A stretch of DNA of 64,000 nt from an uncultured Armatimonadia bacterium (lineage in GTDB: Bacteria; Armatimonadota; Zipacnadia; CAVVLO01): the NCBI GenBank assembly GCA_963749155.1, contig CAVVLO010000002.1, positions 320,001 through 384,000 on the forward strand, in the 5' to 3' direction. Positions 18,908 through 28,729 of the stretch are shown here, in pieces. Position numbers and translations under genes: made by a program. The stretch's first letter is position 1. Every line of letters begins with the position of its first letter. A model generated the notes under the pieces. That model did not search any database. It saw only the letters and a program-made list of their open reading frames with translations, and had not been told where the DNA came from.

Positions 18908-19297
18908 TTATTCTGGCACGTCATCTGCAGGCTGCGGGGCAGGCTCTGTTGAGTCTTCCTCTTTCACCTGTTTGATGAGTTGCTCTATATATTGCGCGTG
19001 GTCGAAACTGGGATCCAGCTCGAAACGCACCTGGGGCACGTGTTTCATATCGAGCCTGCGAATTAGCTGCCCCAGAATCCAGCCTTGCGCGCTACGCAGA
19101 CCTTCAAGCATCTTCAAGGCTTCTTCAGGCCCGCGCACGGTACTAACGTATACCTTCGCTTCGCGTAAATCGGCGGTCACTTTGACCTCGGTAACCGTCG
19201 CGAAGCTGACTCGTGGGTCCTTCAGCTCTTTGCGGATCATACCGCTTATCTCATCGCGCAGCAGGCGCTCTACTTTTATTTGTCTTCCAGAAGGCAT
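18908..19297 (-). CDS. rbfA: Ribosome-binding factor A
   Basis: 'LKDPRV', 'VTADLREAKVYVS', 'VPQVRFELD'; start trimmed to ATG 19297. Confidence 0.95.
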   Translation of the reverse strand: MPSGRQIKVERLLRDEISGMIRKELKDPRVSFATVTEVKVTADLREAKVYVSTVRGPEEALKMLEGLRSAQGWILGQLIRRLDMKHVPQVRFELDPSFDHAQYIEQLIKQVKEEDSTEPAPQPADDVPE

Positions 19298-19305
19298 ATT
19301 GGTCT

Positions 19306-19587
19306 CTACAGTAATTCTATTTGGGCTTTCGCCACGAAAACGGCGGGGTTGGCTTCGACTTCGTCGAGTATCGAGTTCAACATCTGACCGACCACTACCG
19401 AATCGGTTCCGATACAACAGAAACTGAGTTCGGCAGCTCGCCAAAAGTCATGCCGGCCGCTTTCTATTGCGGACACATTGTGCCGGTTTCGGATCCGATC
19501 GAGCTGGCTCTTAAGGATGCGCCGCTTGTCTTTCAGCGAGTTGGCATCGGTCAAGCGTAACTCAAGTGTGAGCAACCCGATAACCAT
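19306..19587 (-). CDS. ylxP: DUF503 family protein (YlxP-like)
   Basis: 'SLKDKR..LKS...RIRN..NVS.IE'; lies between infB and rbfA. Confidence 0.85.
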   Translation of the reverse strand: MVIGLLTLELRLTDANSLKDKRRILKSQLDRIRNRHNVSAIESGRHDFWRAAELSFCCIGTDSVVVGQMLNSILDEVEANPAVFVAKAQIELL

Positions 19588-19615
19588 CCAACCCGCTCAC
19601 CCTCGCAGCCAGTGC

Positions 19616-22426
19616 TTACAGGCGCCTTGCCGACTCCTGCAACTCAAAGCACTCTATGATATCGCCAACCTCGAAGTTATCGAAGTTACGCATCGTAATA
19701 CCGCACTCGAAGCCAGCGCGGATCTCGGTCCTGTCTTCCTGGATATGCTTGAGTGTTGTGACATCGCCTTCGGCAACAATTGTATCCTTGCGCTTTACGC
19801 GTACCTTGTTGTTGCGCCGGATGACGCCATCATTGACATAGCAACCTGCGATGGTGCCTACGCGCGAGAAGGAGAACAAAGCTCTCACTTCAGCATGACC
19901 AAGGATAATCTCCTTGACCTCTGGAGTGAGCATACCTTCCATAGCCAGACGCAAGTCTTCGACCAGATGGTAGATAATGTCATAAGTGCGTATCTGGACG
20001 CCTTCAGTCTCGGCCAGTTTGGTAGCTGTGCCATCTATACGCACTCCAAACCCAAGCACGATGGCATCGGAGGCGGCAGCCAGATGCACATCGCTGTCTG
20101 CGATGTTGCCAACGCCCAGATGAAGCATCTCGACCCGGATATCCTGACGCGGCAGGTTGCTGAGTGCGTTTTCGAGAGCATCGAGCATACCCTTGTCGCG
20201 AGCCTTCAACACCAGTGGCAGGGCCTTTACGACGCCTTCTTCCACTTTGCTGCGCAGTTCTTCCAGCGTGATGTGCCTGGCCGAACGAGCCTGTTTCTCG
20301 ACTTCCGTCCGGGCTTCGACCAGTATCCTGGCCTCTTTGGGAGAGGCCACAACTTCGACGAGTTCGCCAGCTGCGGGCACATCGTTAAGTCCACTGACCT
20401 GCACCGCGGTCGAGGGGCCAGCTTTGTCCAGTTTGCGTCCGCTGGCTGAGACCATAGCTCTCACGCGGCCATATGCGGTACCAGAAACAAGCATATCGCC
20501 CGCCGAAAGGGTGCCCTGCTTCACTATGATAGTAGCCAGAGCGCCTTGACTGGTGTCTATACCGGCTTCGATAACAACGCCCCGGGCCAGCCCGGTCGGA
20601 TTGCCTTTCAGCTCTTCCATCTCGGCGGTAATCCGGATGATATCGAGCAGATCGCTTACATGCTCACCGGTCTTGGCTGACAGCGACACCATAGGCACAG
20701 TGCCACCCCAGTCCTCTGCATTGAGTCCATATTCAGCCAGCTCGGACTTCACTCGATCGGGATTCGCGCCAGCCGAGTCGATTTTGTTGATGGCCACGAT
20801 GATTGGCACTTTGGCCGCTTTCGCGTGATCTATGGCCTCGATGGTCTGAGGACGTACTCCGTCATCTGCGGCTACTACCAGGATGACGATATCTGTAACC
20901 ATCGCCCCACGAGCGCGCATCTGAGTGAAAGCCTCATGGCCGGGAGTGTCGATAAAGACGATGCGTTCGCCCTCTACCTCGATCTCGGAAGCGCCGATGC
21001 TCTGCGTGATACCGCCGGCTTCCCCTTCCGCCACTTTTGTGTTGCGGATGGAATCGAGCAAGGTCGTCTTGCCATGGTCGACGTGCCCCATAACTGTCAC
21101 GACGGGTGAACGCTTCTCGAGGTCTTCTTCGTTTACCTGGCTGACATCGCCAGTCTGCTGGGCCTCGGTAATCTGGTTGCGCTGGGTATCCTCGTCAGTC
21201 TTCACGACGACGGTTATCTCGAACTGACGACCAATCTCCTCGGCGAGAGTGGCATCGATAGTTGCGGTAACAGGCATCGGATTGCCGATTTCCATCAGCA
21301 TAAGCACCAGGTCAGAAGCTGGCTTCTTTATGAGCTGAGCGAACTCCTGAACGGTGATCTCCTCCGGCACTTCTACGAGCTCCGGCGAGATCTCGACAAT
21401 CTGTTGCTTGGGCACCTTGTAACTGCGGCGACTGCGCCTGGGGCGAGGCGCCCTGCCCGTAAATCCCTCGTGCGATGTATCTTGCTGGGGCTTGCGCGGA
21501 GCGCCAGCTTTATCCCTTGCGGCTACTCCACCGGCTTTAGACTTATCGCCAGGTTTCGCAGTGCGTTTGGTAGGTGGTTTGGTAGCGGGCTTGGCCGCAG
21601 CCGCAGCATCAGGACGCGCCGGGCGGTCGGAAGAAGGCCTGCCACCGGGCCCTGCCGGACGTGCCGGACGGTCGCCTGGACGGCCAGCGCCTGGGGGGCC
21701 ACCGGGACGACCTGCGCCTGTGGGCCTGTCACCAGGACGACCTGCGCCTGGGGGGCCACTGGGACGACCCGCGCCTGTTGGGCGCTCACCAGGGCGACCA
21801 GGAGGACGCTCGCCAGGACGGCTTGGGCCAGTTGGACGATCTCCAGGTCTTGTTGGCCTGTCGGTTGGCCGACTTGCCCCTGCAGGCCGGTCACTTGGGC
21901 GTCCAGGGGGACGTTCGCCAGGGCGTGTCGGCCTGTCACCTGGGCGACCTGCCCCAGAGGGGCGCTCGCCTGGGCGTCCAGGGGGACGTTCGCCAGTGGT
22001 TGGCCTGTCAGTGACAGGCGGCTTTTCGCTAGTTGCTGGTTTGTCAGCGACAGGAGGCCGAGGCTCACTGCTAGTCGGCCCGGCTTCGCTTACAGGCTGA
22101 GCAGGCTGCGCGGGAGGAGCTTGTTCAACTGTGGGAGTTTCAGCTTTCTCGGCCACAGGAGCCTGGGGAGCTGGCGCCTCTTTTACCGGCGGAGCTTCCT
22201 GGACCTTGGGCTCTGCCACTTGAGGTTTGCTTTCCACAGGAGGAGCCTCTGCCGCAGCGCTTGCATGCAAGGCTACCGCCTTTCTGGCCGCCTCGAGATG
22301 CTCCATATCAACCGCTATGCTATGGGTAGCTGCCTTTACGCCAAGCGCTTTGAGTTCGTCCATTAGCGCCTTCGTAGAGATGCCCCATTGTTTCGCTGCT
22401 TTGTAGATGCGTTCTTGTTCCGCCAT
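19616..22426 (-). CDS. infB: Translation initiation factor IF-2
   Basis: 'GHVDHGKTT', 'DTPGH', 'NKID', C-terminal 'GFECGI'. Confidence 0.98.
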   Translation of the reverse strand: MAEQERIYKAAKQWGISTKALMDELKALGVKAATHSIAVDMEHLEAARKAVALHASAAAEAPPVESKPQVAEPKVQEAPPVKEAPAPQAPVAEKAETPTVEQAPPAQPAQPVSEAGPTSSEPRPPVADKPATSEKPPVTDRPTTGERPPGRPGERPSGAGRPGDRPTRPGERPPGRPSDRPAGASRPTDRPTRPGDRPTGPSRPGERPPGRPGERPTGAGRPSGPPGAGRPGDRPTGAGRPGGPPGAGRPGDRPARPAGPGGRPSSDRPARPDAAAAAKPATKPPTKRTAKPGDKSKAGGVAARDKAGAPRKPQQDTSHEGFTGRAPRPRRSRRSYKVPKQQIVEISPELVEVPEEITVQEFAQLIKKPASDLVLMLMEIGNPMPVTATIDATLAEEIGRQFEITVVVKTDEDTQRNQITEAQQTGDVSQVNEEDLEKRSPVVTVMGHVDHGKTTLLDSIRNTKVAEGEAGGITQSIGASEIEVEGERIVFIDTPGHEAFTQMRARGAMVTDIVILVVAADDGVRPQTIEAIDHAKAAKVPIIVAINKIDSAGANPDRVKSELAEYGLNAEDWGGTVPMVSLSAKTGEHVSDLLDIIRITAEMEELKGNPTGLARGVVIEAGIDTSQGALATIIVKQGTLSAGDMLVSGTAYGRVRAMVSASGRKLDKAGPSTAVQVSGLNDVPAAGELVEVVASPKEARILVEARTEVEKQARSARHITLEELRSKVEEGVVKALPLVLKARDKGMLDALENALSNLPRQDIRVEMLHLGVGNIADSDVHLAAASDAIVLGFGVRIDGTATKLAETEGVQIRTYDIIYHLVEDLRLAMEGMLTPEVKEIILGHAEVRALFSFSRVGTIAGCYVNDGVIRRNNKVRVKRKDTIVAEGDVTTLKHIQEDRTEIRAGFECGITMRNFDNFEVGDIIECFELQESARRL
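21610..22005 (-). repeat. Coding tandem repeats (RPG[D/E]RP / GAGRP) in the IF-2 N-terminal region
   Basis: Exact 26-bp repeat at 21896-21921 and 21971-21996; 16-bp repeat at 21705-21720 and 21735-21750. Confidence 0.85.
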
Positions 22427-22441
22427 AAACTGCCCCAGGGA

Positions 22442-22730
22442 CTAGCCCTGCTGGCCCTCCTTAAGGCCGATCTCGGCCCTTAGATCCTTAATCAGTTCGG
22501 GCGTGATTCTGCCGCCCAGCTTGCCTGCGGCGCGCCCCTTCTCGAGCAACACAAGACACTCTTCCCGCGGGCACACATAAGCCCCGCGCCCGGGCAGCCT
22601 TGCCGCTTGGGTCATAGCGAAGCGGCTGGCCCTCTGCTCCCTGGACCAGCTTAAGCAAGGCGTGCTTTGCCGTCCGCTCTCTGCAGACTACGCAGGAGCG
22701 CACCGGCGTATGCTTCTTGCGTGACCCCAT
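22442..22730 (-). CDS. ylxR: YlxR/DUF448 family RNA-binding protein, frameshifted at about 22598
   Basis: 'PVRSCVVCR...K..LLK'; removing one G restores 'DPSGKLPGRGAYVCPREEC', ending at TAG 22442. Confidence 0.85.
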
Positions 22731-22766
22731 AATACTCGCTTGACGCTCGAATGGCTACCCAGTGAC

Positions 22767-23903
22767 TTATTCTTCTGCCTGTTCGGCTGCTTCCGGTATT
22801 TCCGGCTCGACCGAAGACTGCTCGCCTTCTTCAGTTGGTTCGTCCTTATCCTCGAGTTCTGCCTCGGGCTGGGGCGTTGTGCTTCGGATATCTATACGCC
22901 ACCCGGTGACTTTGGCCGCCAGTCTTACATTTTGCCCCTGGCGTCCGATGGCAAGCGAAAGCTGCGAGTCATCAGCCAGCACCAACGCTGCATGATTCTC
23001 TTCGTCGATTATTACGCGTTTGACATCGGCAGGCTTGAGCGATTCGCGCACAAACTCGGCTGGATCTTCGCTCCACCGCACTATGTCAAGCTTCTCATTA
23101 CCAAGTTCATCGGTTACAGCCTGCACACGGGAGCCTCTGGCCCCAACGCAGGCGCCAACCGCATCCACATGGCTATCGTTGGAATACACTGCGACCTTGG
23201 AACGCTGACCAGCTTCCCGGGCGATGGCCTTTAGTTCGACCAGGCCTTCTTCGACTTCGGGAGCTTCCAGCTCAAACAAACGCCGTATAAGGTTGGGATG
23301 CGAACGCGACAGCACCATCTCGGGCCCTTTGCTGGTCTTGCGCACGTGAAGGACATAAAACTTCATCCTGTCACCAGCGCGATACCGCTCGCCCACCGGC
23401 TGCTCGTTGGGAGGGAGGATGGCCTCGATGCGCCCCACGTCTACGTAGACATTGCGCCCTTCGGCTCGCTGCACCTGCCCGTTGACGATTTCGCCTTCCT
23501 TGTCCGCCAACTCATCGTAGATGGCGTCCCGCTCGGCTTCGCGGATACGCTGTAACACCACCTGCTTGGCGGTCTGGGCGGCGATACGACCAAAGTCTTT
23601 TGGCGTGACTTCAAAACGTACCGTCTGGCCTACTTCAACAGTGGGATCAATCTCACGAGCAGGCTCAAGGGCAAGCTCCATCGAAGGATCTGTAACCCGA
23701 GCCACCACTTGTTTCTCGGCGAATACTCGGAACTGGGCGTTAGCGGGATTGTATTCGACATCAACTTCAGCGCCCAGGCCAAGCTGCTTTTTGCAGGCAA
23801 GGGCCAACGCGCCAGTAATAGCCTCGAGCAAGGCAGCTTCCGATATGCCCTTCTCGCGCTCCAGCTCTTTCAGCACATAGAGTAGATTCTGATTCTGATT
23901 CAT
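22767..23903 (-). CDS. nusA: Transcription termination/antitermination factor NusA
   Basis: 'FGRIAAQTAKQV', S1 and KH domains, 'SLAIGRQGQNVRLAAKVTGWRIDI'. Confidence 0.98.
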   Translation of the reverse strand: MNQNQNLLYVLKELEREKGISEAALLEAITGALALACKKQLGLGAEVDVEYNPANAQFRVFAEKQVVARVTDPSMELALEPAREIDPTVEVGQTVRFEVTPKDFGRIAAQTAKQVVLQRIREAERDAIYDELADKEGEIVNGQVQRAEGRNVYVDVGRIEAILPPNEQPVGERYRAGDRMKFYVLHVRKTSKGPEMVLSRSHPNLIRRLFELEAPEVEEGLVELKAIAREAGQRSKVAVYSNDSHVDAVGACVGARGSRVQAVTDELGNEKLDIVRWSEDPAEFVRESLKPADVKRVIIDEENHAALVLADDSQLSLAIGRQGQNVRLAAKVTGWRIDIRSTTPQPEAELEDKDEPTEEGEQSSVEPEIPEAAEQAEE

Positions 23904-23939
23904 ATGCTCATCCCCACTCTCCAGAGACTGCGCCAGGCC

Positions 23940-24407
23940 TTAGTCGTCCCACTCATACTTGACATTGGCCTTGGCGATATCCGCAAACGGAAGCAGCCAT
24001 TCTTTGCCACTGCCGTCTTCGGCTTCCAGTCTCGCCATATTGTCTTCGAAAGCCATCAATCGCCCGTTAAAGTGTTTCTGTCCCTGTAAGGGCGTCTTCA
24101 GGCTGAGCTTCACCAGGCAGCCTACCGCCGCTGCAAAGTGAGCTGGTTTTACCAGGGGCCGGTCAAGGCCAGGCGATGAGACGCGCAGAGAATACCCTCC
24201 GGCAAACACCCTTGCGGTGTCGAGAAAGCCTCCAGCGCGTTCTGCCACCAGTTCGCAGTCATCCGAAGAAATGCCCCCTGGCTTGTCGATTACAAGCTCC
24301 AGGCGCACTCCATCTCGTTGCATACTTAGCTGATGCAACACCAACTCGAAGCCGAAATCGGAGCAGATAGCTTCGACCTCGCGCAACTCCTCGGGACGCA
24401 GCTCCAC
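23940..24407 (-). CDS. rimP: Ribosome maturation factor RimP
   Basis: 'IDKPGGI..DDC', 'Y.LRVSSPGLDRPL'. Confidence 0.95.
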   Translation of the reverse strand: MELRPEELREVEAICSDFGFELVLHQLSMQRDGVRLELVIDKPGGISSDDCELVAERAGGFLDTARVFAGGYSLRVSSPGLDRPLVKPAHFAAAVGCLVKLSLKTPLQGQKHFNGRLMAFEDNMARLEAEDGSGKEWLLPFADIAKANVKYEWDD

Positions 24408-24443
24408 TCTCTATTCGCCTCCGAACTGGGCCAAGGCTAATTG

Positions 24444-24475
24444 CAAAAGCAAAGAGTGGGTAGGCACCCACTCTT
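24444..24475 (-). promoter_or_regulatory. rimP leader hairpin (attenuator-like)
   Basis: AAGAGTGGGT-GCCT-ACCCACTCTT followed by TGCTTTTG, between the promoter and the rimP start. Confidence 0.7.
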
Positions 24476-24505
24476 CGGCCCTTCCTCCCATACCCTGTTG
24501 TTTGA

Positions 24506-24534
24506 ATTATAGCATACCTCCAGGGGCCTGCAAA
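24506..24534 (-). promoter_or_regulatory. sigma70-type promoter of the rimP-nusA-infB operon
   Basis: TTGCAG-N16-TATAAT with extended TG. Confidence 0.7.
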
Positions 24535-24546
24535 GGAGAAACGCCC

Positions 24547-25704
24547 CTACGGGGCAAGCTTCCGCCAGGCCTCGCGCAGCTTTTCCTTAGTCCATAACTT
24601 GTAATAACAGCGCTGGTTGCAAAGCCCACAACTATTACACTCAGCAGGGGTTGGACTGAGCTGGCTGGCCTTGTGCCTGGCTACTTCTCTTTGCCCAAAC
24701 CAGTCCTTGTGGGCGGCTACCTCGGCCGGATCCAGTTCGGCTTCTGTAGCTGGATTGTCAAGTTGCCTGTCGTACCAGCCCTCCAGCTCGAACACTTTGG
24801 GGATATCTATGCCGACCGGACACGGCAGGCAGCGTCCGCATTGGCGACATACAGCATTGCCAAGTTCAGGTGACCGCTTGATTAATCCAGCGAATTCGCG
24901 AGTGCTAACCGGCACCAGGTCTCGCACAACGGCCAGGTCGGCCTCAAGCTGAGCGAGTGACTCAACCCCGCAAGTGACACAGGAGGTCGGCAAGGAGAGG
25001 GAATATCTGAGCGCTTCAGTCGCCGATGCCTTCAGAAGCCCGTCTCCAAAGGCCTTCATTCCGATAAGTGCAATCCCCTTTTCGACACAGTAAGGGATCA
25101 GCTTCTCCCAGATAATCGGGAAGTTGAACCTGTCCAGATAATTGAGGATTACAAGCGTGGAATCCCAGTCATAGCGCTGCATTGCCTCATACTGGATATC
25201 CGGATTATGGCTCGACAGGCTAAGATAACGCACTTTACCTTCCCGCCGTGCCTTTTCCGCATACTCCATTGCCCCGCCCGGGGCAAATATCGTAGCCAGT
25301 TCAGCGGGCGTCGAGATGTTATGCATACGCCACTCATCGAGGTGGTCAATGCCCAGATTGGCCAGGGTGCCTTCCAGCAACCGTTCGGACCCTGCAGCCG
25401 TTCTGTCATGCGTCTTGGAGACCACCCAGGCTTCACTTCGACGAGCCTTCACGACAGGGCCGGCCTTCTGTTCCACAGTAGGATAGCTGGGGGCGAAGTC
25501 GAGATAGGTCATCCCTTCATCCAGGGCTCGATTGAGGATGGTCTCAACTTCGCCTTGGGGCAAATCGCGTAAGGCGAAACCACCGATACCGATACTTGAG
25601 ACATACTCCTTGCTGCGACCGAATTTTCTGAGTGGAACAGGCCCGGGGCTTGATAACTCTCCAATCTGAGTCCTGGTCAGCAAGCGCTCCTGGTTAAGTA
25701 GCAT
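24547..25704 (-). CDS. Aldo/keto reductase with C-terminal 4Fe-4S dicluster domain
   Basis: 'IGIGG', 'DFAPSY', 'SKT', 'GMKAFG'; CxxCxxCxxCP and CxxCxxCxxxC. Confidence 0.9.
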   Translation of the reverse strand: MLLNQERLLTRTQIGELSSPGPVPLRKFGRSKEYVSSIGIGGFALRDLPQGEVETILNRALDEGMTYLDFAPSYPTVEQKAGPVVKARRSEAWVVSKTHDRTAAGSERLLEGTLANLGIDHLDEWRMHNISTPAELATIFAPGGAMEYAEKARREGKVRYLSLSSHNPDIQYEAMQRYDWDSTLVILNYLDRFNFPIIWEKLIPYCVEKGIALIGMKAFGDGLLKASATEALRYSLSLPTSCVTCGVESLAQLEADLAVVRDLVPVSTREFAGLIKRSPELGNAVCRQCGRCLPCPVGIDIPKVFELEGWYDRQLDNPATEAELDPAEVAAHKDWFGQREVARHKASQLSPTPAECNSCGLCNQRCYYKLWTKEKLREAWRKLAP

Positions 25705-25876
25705 CTCCGACCTCCATATTTGTATTTGCCCTTATTCTACAGCACCACCGGCTGCCGGCAAGGGACGGCAATTGTACGGCCATTTGCCGTAAAAAATCGT
25801 TAGGTATAGCGAAGGGCTTTGCAGCACTTGCGTCAGTGACGCCATCCTGGGCCTTCCTGTTATAAGTAATACGTTG

Positions 25877-25902
25877 CCGCCCACGGGCGGTTTATCTTTT
25901 TT
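25877..25902 (+). terminator. Terminator-like hairpin in the amtB leader
   Basis: CCGCC-CACG-GGCGG then TTTATCTTTTTT immediately before the RBS. Confidence 0.5.
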
Positions 25903-25919
25903 AAAGGAGCGTGATTTCA

Positions 25920-27287
25920 ATGGATATTGCTCTTATGGTACAGCGCTTTCGTCTACCGCTAGCGCTGGGCTTACTAGCGACAGTGGGCAATACAGCGCTG
26001 GCGCAAGATGCAGAGGCCCCCACCACCGCTGAACTAAGCTATGCTCTGGATACGGTCTGGGTGCTGGTGACAGCCTTCCTGGTGTTCTGGATGCAAGCCG
26101 GCTTCGCACTGGTCGAGTCGGGTTTCGTCCGGGCCAAGAACACGGTAAACATCCTGATGAAGAACTTCTTCGACTTTGCCGCGGCTACCTTGACGTATTG
26201 GTTGATTGGCTTCGGAATAATGTTCGGAGGAGGCGCTTCGGTCGCGATTGTCGGATGGGCGGGTTTCGGTGTCGCCTTAAGCGACGCAGCACTTTATCCC
26301 GGACTAGAGTGGGCCAATGTGCCAGTGGCTGCCAAGTTCATTTTTCAACTGGTATTCGCAGGCACAACCGCGACCATCATCTCGGGCGCAGCAGCCGAAC
26401 GCACCAAGTTCAGCGCTTATGTGCTTTATAGCGCAATCGTATCCGCCCTGGTCTACCCGATCTCGGGTCACTGGATTTGGGGTGGCGGCTGGCTGCAGAA
26501 CCTCGGCTTCCTCGACTTTGCCGGCTCGACCGCGGTTCATTCGATGGGAGGCTGGCTGGCGCTGGTAATGGCCTTCCTTCTCGGGCCACGCCTTGGCAAG
26601 TACACCAAGGATGGCAAGGTTCACCCGATCCCGGGCCACAGCATGCCTCTGGCCGCGCTTGGTACCTTCATCCTGTGGCTGGGCTGGTTCGGTTTCAATC
26701 CAGGCAGCACGATGGCGGCCACTGCGGACGCAATCGCCCATATCGCCGTAACGACCAACGCCGCAGCTGCAGCCGGATTCATCGCTGCGATGCTTGCCTC
26801 CTGGATCGTCCTGCGCAAGCCTGATGCGGGCCTGGGTATGAACGGAGCTCTGGCAGGACTCGTCGCTATCACTGCAGGCTGTGCTTTCGTGACCCCTGGC
26901 GCGGCGTTGCTAATCGGTGCACTCGGTGGCTTGCTTATGTTCGCCTCGGTGTTGTTCTTCGACCGGATCCACCTGGACGATCCAGTTGGTGCGGTTTCGG
27001 TCCACGGCGTCTGTGGAGCCTTCGGCACCCTGGCTGTCGGCCTTTGGGCTGTCTCGGATCTGACTGGGGGCGCGGCTGGTCTGTTCTACGGCGGTGGCCT
27101 GAATCTGCTTGGCATACAAGCATTAGGCGTAGCCTCCATATTTGGATGGGCCATCCTGACTGGATTCATCGTTTTCGGTCTCATCAACAAGACCGTAGGA
27201 TTGCGTGTCACGCCTGCTGAGGAAGTCGAAGGTCTTGACGTCCTCGAGCATGGCGCGGAAGCGTATCCTTACTTCGCCCGCTGGTAG
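25920..27287 (+). CDS. amtB: Ammonium transporter
   Basis: 'MQAGFALVESG', 'FQLVFA', 'HWIWGGGW', 'DFAGS..VH', 'GWFGFN', 'DDPVGA.SVHG'; both pore histidines present; AAGGAG RBS. Confidence 0.97.
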   Translation: MDIALMVQRFRLPLALGLLATVGNTALAQDAEAPTTAELSYALDTVWVLVTAFLVFWMQAGFALVESGFVRAKNTVNILMKNFFDFAAATLTYWLIGFGIMFGGGASVAIVGWAGFGVALSDAALYPGLEWANVPVAAKFIFQLVFAGTTATIISGAAAERTKFSAYVLYSAIVSALVYPISGHWIWGGGWLQNLGFLDFAGSTAVHSMGGWLALVMAFLLGPRLGKYTKDGKVHPIPGHSMPLAALGTFILWLGWFGFNPGSTMAATADAIAHIAVTTNAAAAAGFIAAMLASWIVLRKPDAGLGMNGALAGLVAITAGCAFVTPGAALLIGALGGLLMFASVLFFDRIHLDDPVGAVSVHGVCGAFGTLAVGLWAVSDLTGGAAGLFYGGGLNLLGIQALGVASIFGWAILTGFIVFGLINKTVGLRVTPAEEVEGLDVLEHGAEAYPYFARW

Positions 27288-27304
27288 AAAGGAGGTAGAG
27301 CCAG

Positions 27305-27643
27305 ATGAAGATGATTGTCTGTGTGACTCGTTCCGAGATGCTCGAACCACTTCGCGCGGCCCTTGTAGCCGCTGGAGTAACTGGGATGACCGTAAGCGAT
27401 GTGCGTGGCTTCGGCGCCCAGGGAGGCCGTACCGAGGTCTTCCGTGGTCAGGAATACACAGTGGAGTTTATGCACAAGATCAAGCTTGAGATCGTAGTGC
27501 CGGCCGAACTGACCGACCAGGTAGTGAAGATCATCACCGAGACCGCCCGCACTGGCGAGGTAGGCGATGGGAAGCTCTTCATACTCAACGTTGAGGAAAC
27601 CGTCCGGATCCGGACTGGTGAAGTAGGCAGAACCTGCTGCTAA
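27305..27643 (+). CDS. glnK: P-II nitrogen regulator
   Basis: 112 aa; 'GFG.Q', Y51, K58, 'TGEVGDGK', 'RIRTGE'; linked to amtB. Confidence 0.92.
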   Translation: MKMIVCVTRSEMLEPLRAALVAAGVTGMTVSDVRGFGAQGGRTEVFRGQEYTVEFMHKIKLEIVVPAELTDQVVKIITETARTGEVGDGKLFILNVEETVRIRTGEVGRTCC

Positions 27644-27664
27644 AGCAGTTTCCCGCGAGCCGGG

Positions 27665-28726
27665 TCACGTCCCCCCGTGGCCCGGCTCTTCCCCTAGAGC
27701 CCGCTTCAGACGGAAAAGTACTGGCGAAAGACCGCCTACTTTGAGGCGCCAGGAGTTATACAGTTCGAGTCCTGTCTGGTTGCGGAGCGTCTCCTTTACC
27801 AGCGCGATTTCAGTAGTCAGCAAGAGAAGCTGGCCCCCAGGGCGTACCACTCTGGCCAGTTCAGTGAAGAAAGCTGGATAGAGCTTCTGATTGTCGGCGT
27901 GAGAGCCAACTCGAAGGCCGAAGGGCAGGTTGCTCAGCACGATATCAACGCTTGCTTCCTCAAGAGGTAAAGCCTGCGCCTTCCATACTGCGAGGGTTGC
28001 AGTCAGCCCCTGGGCCTCAAGATTACTCCTGGCAAGCAGGAGCATCTTCGGATCCAGATCTCCTCCTGTCAGTTGAGCGGTCGGGCAGGCAAGTCCTGCT
28101 GCCACTAGCAACGTGCCGGCGCCGCACATTGGATCAAGTATTACATCGGCCTGCTGGGGATTCGCCACTCTTACCATTGCTCTTGCGACCTGGCAGTTCA
28201 GCGAAGCGGGCGCGTGAACAATCCTTAGCCTGGGATTTATCCCGCCGGGGGTTACGAGAAAGGCCAGATGACAGACAGAGTCCTCAACGATTGCCAGGAC
28301 TTCAAGTTCGTAGTTTTCGAGGTCTACTGGCCAGCCTTCGCGCTCATAAAGCACTTCGCCAAGAGCGGCTGCGATTTGCTGAGAGTTATAGGAATGCTCC
28401 CCCGAGCGCGTCGCGGTGACCCGGAAGATTGGCTTTTCGGAAAGACCAAGTTTACCGGTCACGAGAGCAAGTGGCGCTGACAAATCCAGACCGGCGAAAA
28501 GACCAGCCAACTCTGCAAGCCCTTCAGGTCCTTTGGAGAAGCCCCCAACCGAACCCAGCCATACTCCCAGATTGTTGGCTACTGAATTTTCGGGATTGAG
28601 ACCTTTAGCTGCCGCGAAAACCAGTCGTCCGCTCTCTTGGCAGTGCACTCGCCCTTTGATTTGTTTGACCTCATCTGCGACGAAGCTTTCGAGCCCCTCC
28701 TCACAGACCGCAAGCCAGTAAGCCAT
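27665..28726 (-). CDS. THUMP-domain SAM-dependent RNA methyltransferase
   Basis: THUMP-like 'FRVTATRSGEH', 'DPMCGAGT', 'SNLPFG'. Confidence 0.85.
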   Translation of the reverse strand: MAYWLAVCEEGLESFVADEVKQIKGRVHCQESGRLVFAAAKGLNPENSVANNLGVWLGSVGGFSKGPEGLAELAGLFAGLDLSAPLALVTGKLGLSEKPIFRVTATRSGEHSYNSQQIAAALGEVLYEREGWPVDLENYELEVLAIVEDSVCHLAFLVTPGGINPRLRIVHAPASLNCQVARAMVRVANPQQADVILDPMCGAGTLLVAAGLACPTAQLTGGDLDPKMLLLARSNLEAQGLTATLAVWKAQALPLEEASVDIVLSNLPFGLRVGSHADNQKLYPAFFTELARVVRPGGQLLLLTTEIALVKETLRNQTGLELYNSWRLKVGGLSPVLFRLKRALGEEPGHGGT

Positions 28727-28729
28727 TCG

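Noticed and set aside
21610..22005. Repeats considered as a CRISPR array
   Set aside because: In-frame coding repeats with no unique spacers and no cas genes.
19478..22366. Long antisense or alternative-frame ORFs over infB
   Set aside because: Explained by codon bias and the stop-free Pro/Gly/Arg repeats.
25765..25785. sigma54 promoter upstream of amtB
   Set aside because: GG-N10-GC spacing is present, but the -12 box is CGGC rather than TTGC.
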